Below are positions 58,776 to 64,000 of a DNA stretch of 64,000 nt, in pieces (the stretch's first letter is position 1; each line of letters begins with the position of its first letter). Origin of the DNA: an uncultured Actinomycetota bacterium (lineage in GTDB: Bacteria; Actinomycetota; Actinomycetes; Propionibacteriales; Propionibacteriaceae); the NCBI GenBank assembly GCA_963836855.1, contig CAWILN010000004.1, positions 75,577 to 139,576 on the forward strand, read 5' to 3'. A program made the position numbers and the translations under genes. The notes beneath the pieces were generated by a model. The model did not search any database. It saw nothing but the letters and a program-made list of their open reading frames with translations, and was not told the DNA's origin.

Positions 58776-59957
58776 ATGGGTAGCCATGTCATCGTGGCGG
58801 GGGCGGGAATAGTCGGCCTGGCGACCGCTTTGGAGCTAACGCGCCGCGGCCATTCCGTAACCGTGCTCGAGAAGGAATCGAGCCTGGCTCAACATCAGAC
58901 CGGCAACAACTCTGGCGTCATTCACTCCGGGCTCTATTACAAGCCCGGCAGCCTCAAGGCAACGCTGGGCACGGCTGGAGCAACGTCGATGCGGCGCTTC
59001 GCCGAAGACAATGGGGTCTTTGTCGAGATCTGCGGCAAGCTCGTGGTAGCAACCGACCCGGTACAGATCCCGGCTCTCCAGGAGCTCTATCGACGTGGCC
59101 AGGCCAACGGCGTTCCTTGTCGGATCATCAGCGCCGGGGAGGCCAAGGAATACGAGCCCTACATCGCGGCCGTGTCCGCGATACGCGTTGAATCGACAGG
59201 CATCGTTGACTTCCGTGGAGTTTGCGACGCGCTGCGAAAACACCTCGAGCAGGCGGGCGGTGAGGTCTGCTTGGATCAACGGATCGTTGGAATCGCGTCG
59301 CGTCCCGATGGTGTGACGGTCACCACCAAGGCGGGCGAGTTCAAAGCGGACCAGTTCGTCAACTGTGCCGGGCTGCACAGTGATCGGCTGGCCCGATTGG
59401 CTGGATTGAAGCCATTAGTACGGATCGTCCCGTTCCGCGGCGAGTACTACGAGTTGAAGCCGCACGCATCGCACCTCGTTAGAGGTCTGATCTATCCAGT
59501 GCCGGATCCGGCGTTCCCATTCCTCGGTGTGCACCTGACGCGCATGATCAACGGATCCGTTCATGCCGGCCCGAACGCGATCTTCGCGCTGGCCCGGGAG
59601 GGGTACACCAAGCTAGCGATCAACCCTCGCGACGTCGCGGACAGCCTTCGCTGGCCAGGGCTTTGGAGATTGGGGAAGCGGTTCTGGCGTACCGGAGTCG
59701 ACGAAACGGTGAGATCGCTATCCAAGAAGCGTTTTCTGGCAAGCCTTCGAGAGCTCGTCCCGGAGCTTCCGGATGATTCTCTATTACCAGCGCACGCCGG
59801 GGTACGTGCCCAGGCGCTGCACCGTGACGGAAGACTGGTCGATGACTTCTATTACGAGCGGGCGCCCCGTCAGGTCCATGTGCTGAACGCGCCCTCGCCA
59901 GCGGCCACAGCCTCACTGGAGATCGCCAAGCGCATTGCCGATGAGCTGGAGGTCTGA
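58776..59957 (+). CDS. lhgO: L-2-hydroxyglutarate oxidase (FAD-dependent)
   Basis: The ATG at 58776 gives MGSHVIVAGAGIVGLATALEL...HQTGNNSGVIHSGLYYKPGSLKA. The upstream 148 codons of ORF 58332..59957 are antisense to 58254..58634. Confidence 0.8.
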   Translation: MGSHVIVAGAGIVGLATALELTRRGHSVTVLEKESSLAQHQTGNNSGVIHSGLYYKPGSLKATLGTAGATSMRRFAEDNGVFVEICGKLVVATDPVQIPALQELYRRGQANGVPCRIISAGEAKEYEPYIAAVSAIRVESTGIVDFRGVCDALRKHLEQAGGEVCLDQRIVGIASRPDGVTVTTKAGEFKADQFVNCAGLHSDRLARLAGLKPLVRIVPFRGEYYELKPHASHLVRGLIYPVPDPAFPFLGVHLTRMINGSVHAGPNAIFALAREGYTKLAINPRDVADSLRWPGLWRLGKRFWRTGVDETVRSLSKKRFLASLRELVPELPDDSLLPAHAGVRAQALHRDGRLVDDFYYERAPRQVHVLNAPSPAATASLEIAKRIADELEV

Positions 59958-59975
59958 GCAGGCTCCTTCTTCTTA

Positions 59976-60033
59976 AGCCGACTTGTCAGAACCCAGCAGT
60001 GCAATAGCACGGCTGGGTTCTGGCAAGTCGGCT
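59976..60033. terminator. Bidirectional stem-loop between convergent lhgO and the PEP-utilising enzyme gene
   Basis: AGCCGACTTGTCAGAACCCAGC-(14 nt)-GCTGGGTTCTGGCAAGTCGGCT forms a 22-bp stem with one G-T pair. No U-tract. Confidence 0.55.
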
Positions 60034-62732
60034 CAGTAGGCGCGTCTGCGGCGGCGAACCAGCCACGCTGTCACCGCGGCCCCGGCGGCGGCACCCGCGG
60101 CCCCAACGATGATCAAACGGTGCGGACGCCTCGCTGGGGCGGCCGGCTGCGCCTCCTCGCCCTCCTCGCCCTCCGCGCCGAGCAGCTTGACCGTACCCGC
60201 ATCGCCATCAACCTCGATCAGCTGACCGCTATGAATCCGCCGGGTCGCCACCGCAGTCCCCAACACGGCAGGGATGCCATACTCCCGGGCCACGATCGAG
60301 CTGTGGCTGAGCGGCCCGCCGATGTCCGTCACCACGCCTGATGCCATAGCGAAGAGTGAAGTCCAGGCTGGTGTGGTGATGCTGGCCACCAATACGTCGC
60401 CGGGTTGCATCTGCCCGAAGTCTTGCGGCCCGCCGAGGACACGGGCGGGCGCGGTGACGGTTCCCATGCTTCCCCCGATGCCCTTGATCACATTGCCGGT
60501 CTGTTCCTCCGATGCCGCCGGCATCCATCTCCGGAACACGTCACCCCAGGAACCCTTCGGAAGCAACTGCGGCGGCGTCGCCCTGAGCTGGCCGCGCCAC
60601 ACTTGCCTACGCCGCTCAACTTGATCAGCGAGGCTGCCCACACCGTCGTCGATCTCCGTACGGTGCAACCAGAACACGTCATTCGCTTCGTTGATCACGC
60701 CGGCCTGCTGGAGTCGCCGTCCGAGCTCGAGCAGCATGCGGCGCACCTGTGGCCACGCCAGCCCGACATCAGCGAGTGCATCCTCGCGGATTGGCGCCAC
60801 GCTCTCGGCCCAGTGCAGTAACCGACGGAAGGCTTTGGCACGTACTGGATCGAGCCGCGCCAGGACAGCAGCCGTCGCTTCCTCCCGGCGGGTCGCGAAG
60901 CGCCGCTGGCGCTCGTAGGGATCGACCCCCTTCCCGCTGACGAAGAACCGCAAGGTTTCCAGCAGCGGAACCGGGTCGTCGGCCGGCACCGGGTTCATGA
61001 AGTCAAGGTTGTAGACCGTGTGCCCGTACGTGCTGAGGTGAACTTGGAAACGGGTGTGCCACTCGTGCCACACCGGATCGTCTGATGTGGCCGCCTGGTC
61101 GAGGAATTCCTGCGCTGGCAGTCTGAGCAGCCCCTCTGCCAGCTCTTGCTGGCTGCGGGTCCAAGTAGCGAGGTCATAGAGGGACTTCTCGGCTCTGATT
61201 GGCGCGCTGTCGAAGCCGAGAACAAATACCTGGGCGGGTGGATCGCCCTTGGTCCGGACTACCGTGTCGTAGAACCGGGTCAACGTGATCTCGCTTGTGG
61301 CCGCCGCCGGGATTATGGTCTGGACAGCGGTGTAGTACTCCGCGGCTGCATCTACCAGCTGCTGAGCGCCTGCCAGCAACTCCTTGGTGCTCAGCTCACT
61401 GATGTTGCGTCCAGTCCAGTCGCTGACGATCCGGCGATAGCGGGGATGAGAGTAGTTACGCCAACGACCCTGACCAGCCAGCGTTCCCCCACCAAGCAGC
61501 GCCCCAAATGCCTTCGGGCTCTTCCACATCAGCCGCGCCATCCCGGAACGGGTGTACTGGTAGTAGGCGTACCCATTGACTGTCGGCAGCCCAACGTCGT
61601 CATCCCTGATCACGTTCTCGCCCAGGATTTCCCCGAACAGGGTCTGCAGCGACCGGGTGACTGATCCGTCGATCATGTCGGCGAACAAGGGCGAAAGCGG
61701 GTCCGGCAGTTGCTCGACGATGCTGGCTCGGACGTACATGGCGCTGGGTTCGGGCACGGTCCAGTCCGTCGGTACGGGCCCTTCGACCTCAGGCAGGGCG
61801 GTGATCGGCCGGGCCTGGAGAATCCAGAACCTTCCGTTCGTGCGCGCCCATTCGATGTCTTGGGGTGCGCCGAAATGGTCCTCGATGCGGTTTCCGTATC
61901 CGGCCAACTCGGCGGCCTCGGCTGGGCTGAGCGCTGGACGGTTGCGTTGCTCGGCGGGCACGGGCAGCTCTTGGGTACGCCGCTCGGCGTAGGCAGTCAT
62001 GACGGCTTTGTCAGCGGTTTCGCTCGACAGAACGGTGCCGTCCGGCCTACGCACCACGATGTTGTCGGTATTGACCGATCCGCTGACGATGGACTCCCCT
62101 AGTCCCCACGCGGCGCTGATCACCGCCTCATCCCGGCGTCCGTTGCTCGGGTTGGCCGTGAACATGACGCCTGCCGAATCGGCGTCCACCATCAGCTGCA
62201 CCACGACAGCCAAACTGACGCTGGCCGGATCGATGCCTTGCCGCGCTCGGTACGCCATCGCACGCGCGGTCCAGAGTGAGGCCCAACAGTCACGGACCGC
62301 GACCAGCAGGTCCTCGAGCCCGCGGACATTGAGATAGGTGTCCTGCTGCCCTGCGAAGCTGGCCTCGGGGAGGTCCTCAGCAGTCGCCGAGGAGCGGACT
62401 GCAACCGGCACGTCCTCGCCAAGGGCGGCGTACGCCTCCGCGATCTCGGTGCGGAGGGCGTCGGAGATCTCTGCGGCAAAGAGCGCTTGGATCTGTGCCG
62501 AAGCGTTGTCGTATCCGGCCGGGTCATCGCTCGCGCCCGCAAGTCTGGTGATCTTGTCGCCGAGCTGGTGTTCCTCAACATAGGCCCGGTATGCCGCGGT
62601 GGTCACGACGAAGCCAGCCGGCACTGGGAGGTCAGCGTGGGTCAGTTCGCCCAGGTTCGCGCCCTTGCCGCCGGCTTGGTCGATGTCGCTGCTGCCTAGC
62701 TCGTCAAAATGCTTAATGAAGATCATGGTCAT
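60033..62732 (-). CDS. PEP/pyruvate-binding + PEP-utilising swivel-domain enzyme with rifampin-phosphotransferase-like architecture and a C-terminal hydrophobic tail
   Basis: Intact 899 aa. It has the N-terminal ATP-grasp/PPDK_N pattern (GGKGANLGEL...VAVRSSATAEDLP), a long middle domain and the C-terminal phosphohistidine domain (GGPLSHSSIVAREYGIPAV). The tail is HRLIIVGAAGAAAGAAVTAWLVRRRRRAY. Confidence 0.8.
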   Translation of the reverse strand: MTMIFIKHFDELGSSDIDQAGGKGANLGELTHADLPVPAGFVVTTAAYRAYVEEHQLGDKITRLAGASDDPAGYDNASAQIQALFAAEISDALRTEIAEAYAALGEDVPVAVRSSATAEDLPEASFAGQQDTYLNVRGLEDLLVAVRDCWASLWTARAMAYRARQGIDPASVSLAVVVQLMVDADSAGVMFTANPSNGRRDEAVISAAWGLGESIVSGSVNTDNIVVRRPDGTVLSSETADKAVMTAYAERRTQELPVPAEQRNRPALSPAEAAELAGYGNRIEDHFGAPQDIEWARTNGRFWILQARPITALPEVEGPVPTDWTVPEPSAMYVRASIVEQLPDPLSPLFADMIDGSVTRSLQTLFGEILGENVIRDDDVGLPTVNGYAYYQYTRSGMARLMWKSPKAFGALLGGGTLAGQGRWRNYSHPRYRRIVSDWTGRNISELSTKELLAGAQQLVDAAAEYYTAVQTIIPAAATSEITLTRFYDTVVRTKGDPPAQVFVLGFDSAPIRAEKSLYDLATWTRSQQELAEGLLRLPAQEFLDQAATSDDPVWHEWHTRFQVHLSTYGHTVYNLDFMNPVPADDPVPLLETLRFFVSGKGVDPYERQRRFATRREEATAAVLARLDPVRAKAFRRLLHWAESVAPIREDALADVGLAWPQVRRMLLELGRRLQQAGVINEANDVFWLHRTEIDDGVGSLADQVERRRQVWRGQLRATPPQLLPKGSWGDVFRRWMPAASEEQTGNVIKGIGGSMGTVTAPARVLGGPQDFGQMQPGDVLVASITTPAWTSLFAMASGVVTDIGGPLSHSSIVAREYGIPAVLGTAVATRRIHSGQLIEVDGDAGTVKLLGAEGEEGEEAQPAAPARRPHRLIIVGAAGAAAGAAVTAWLVRRRRRAY

Positions 62733-62743
62733 CTCTGGAAAAT

Positions 62744-63491
62744 CTACCCACGGCCTACGAAGGGCATCTTGGTGGGCAGCACTGTGATGGTCGCCACATT
62801 GGCGTCCAGCGGCAGGCTCGCCATGTAGACGACGGCCCGCGCGACATCCTCGGCTCGCATCCGCGGCTCCGCGCGTACGCTGCCGTCGGCCTGTGGCACC
62901 CCTGCGGCGATAGCCGATGTCATGTCGGTGGCGGCGTTGCCGATATCGATCTGGCCGCAGGCAATGTCGTACGTACGCCCATCCAGAGCTGTCGACTTGG
63001 TGAGGCCGGTAATGGCGTGCTTAGTCGCGGTGTAAGCAATCGATCGCGGGCGCGGCGCGTGTGCGGAAATGGAGCCGTTGTTGATGATGCGCCCGCCTTG
63101 TGGTTGTTGTGTGCGCATGACGCGGAACGACTCCCTCGTGCAGAGAAAGGCGCCGGTGAGGTTGACGCTGACGACGGCCCGCCACTCATCCAAGTGAGAT
63201 CTCGTCAGGGTCTCGCGGCGGCCCACTCATGCCGGCGTTATTGAAGAGCAGATCGACCCGACCATGCCGAGCGACCGCGCTGTCGAACAGGTTGCGTACG
63301 GAATCCTCATCAGTGACGTCGGCTGAGATGGGATCAAGCTGGAGGCTCGGATATGCCGCAGCGAGCTCATCCAGTGGTGCAAGGCGGCGGCCAGCAACGA
63401 CGACGCGCCAACCGGCCGCCGCGAGCGCCAGTGCCGCCGCTGCTCCGATTCCAGTGCCGCCACCGGTTACCACCGCGATCCTGTCGCCCAT
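62744..63491 (-). pseudogene. Short-chain dehydrogenase/reductase, one frame disruption near 63190
   Basis: The N-terminus VTGGGTGIGAAAAL...[11 protein letters not shown]...DEISL is in ORF 63186..63737. The rest ([13 protein letters not shown]...YTATKHA) is in ORF 62744..63226. One extra base in CC at 63190-63191. An alternative start lies at 63537. Confidence 0.8.
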
Positions 63492-63546
63492 GTAGCACGC
63501 CCCTCCCGGAACCGACTTGTCGGTCATGATGTCTGCATGAAGATTG

Positions 63547-64000
63547 CCATTCTTGGAACGGGCCCGGTCGGGCGGGCACTCGGTAAGGCCTTCTCCGCTG
63601 CCGGTCACGACGTCGTCATTGGCACACGGGATCCCGAGCAGACCAAGCAGCGGGAGGAGTTGGCCGGGCTCGACCTGCCCCTCGCGTCGTACCAAGACCT
63701 TGACGCGGAGGTGTTCATCAACGCGACAAATGGCCAAGGTTCGTTGGTGGCACTCCGGGGAGTGGGTGACGCACTCGACGGCAGGCTGGTGATCGACACC
63801 TCAAATGCGCTTGACTTCTCGCAAGGTTTCCCGCCCTCGCTCTTCGTCAGTAATACCGATTCGCTTGCCGAGCAGCTACAGCGTGCGCTGCCGGAGGTCC
63901 GGCTAGTGAAGATGTTCAACACCATGAACAACTCGGTCATGGTCAACCCACCGGGTCTTCCTGATGACTCGACGATCTTCATCGCCGGCAATGACCCCGC
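63547..64000 (+). CDS. NADP oxidoreductase, coenzyme-F420-dependent-type (NAD(P)-binding Rossmann), 5' part (runs off the right edge)
   Basis: The ATG at 63547 gives MKIAILGTGPVGRALGKAFSAAGHDVVIGTRDP...LVIDTSNAL. It is absent from the ORF track because no stop lies inside the window. Confidence 0.65.

Overview
High-G+C actinobacterial chromosomal segment; I cannot name the organism from sequence alone. The gene content fits this: WS/DGAT, a DevRS-like two-component system, tadA plus the actinobacterial deaminase-associated acidic protein, menB, stand-alone LigD-Pol and F420-type folds. I count about 60 protein-coding genes or gene remnants and one tRNA-Ser(CGA). I found no rRNA, CRISPR array, intact IS/transposase or prophage.

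Layout:
- 375-5077: zwf, a GH15 hydrolase and type II NADH dehydrogenase.
- 5257-6353: a tandemly duplicated small membrane-protein gene.
- 6746-13761: DUF2252, a CPA2 antiporter, DUF2254, a K+ channel and a 610-aa Vps62-like/coiled-coil/TM protein.
- 13985-20349: a dormancy-type cluster. It holds a GAF sensor kinase, a LuxR-type regulator, three PNPOx-fold paralogues, Hsp20 and WS/DGAT, with one DevR-box-like palindrome.
- 20364-35230: mixed envelope and housekeeping genes (NodB deacetylase, MurJ, PatB/MalY, DUF853 ATPase, LytR_C, NhaP2, LigD-Pol).
- 35334-41407: a five-gene peptide-type ABC importer.
- 41554-43753: a FUSC exporter.
- 43754-49923: a decayed zone ending at tRNA-Ser, with relaxase, integrase, desaturase, ABC and peptidase remnants.
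- 50217-53465: tadA, upp, menB and a DedA-like gene.
- 53549-64000: truncated SnoaL/TetR genes, an HTH-NB-ARC-TPR STAND regulator, a hydrolase, a PLDc_N-SHOCT protein, lhgO, an RPH-like PEP-utilising enzyme, an SDR and an F420-type NADP oxidoreductase fragment.

I did not find a complete, obviously novel multi-gene system such as a defence operon. The least-explained signals are:
1. A dispersed family of ~115-130 bp structured GC-rich repeats at four intergenic loci. One array supplies the stop codons of both flanking genes.
2. A second, REP-like palindrome family (CTGAGCCTGTCGAAGGGC).
3. A recurring 17-bp palindrome, TCACCCG-N3-CGGGTGA, in several promoter regions.
4. More than 20 single-nucleotide frame disruptions, mostly at short homopolymers. 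They are clustered in some genes, so assembly error and real decay cannot be separated here.
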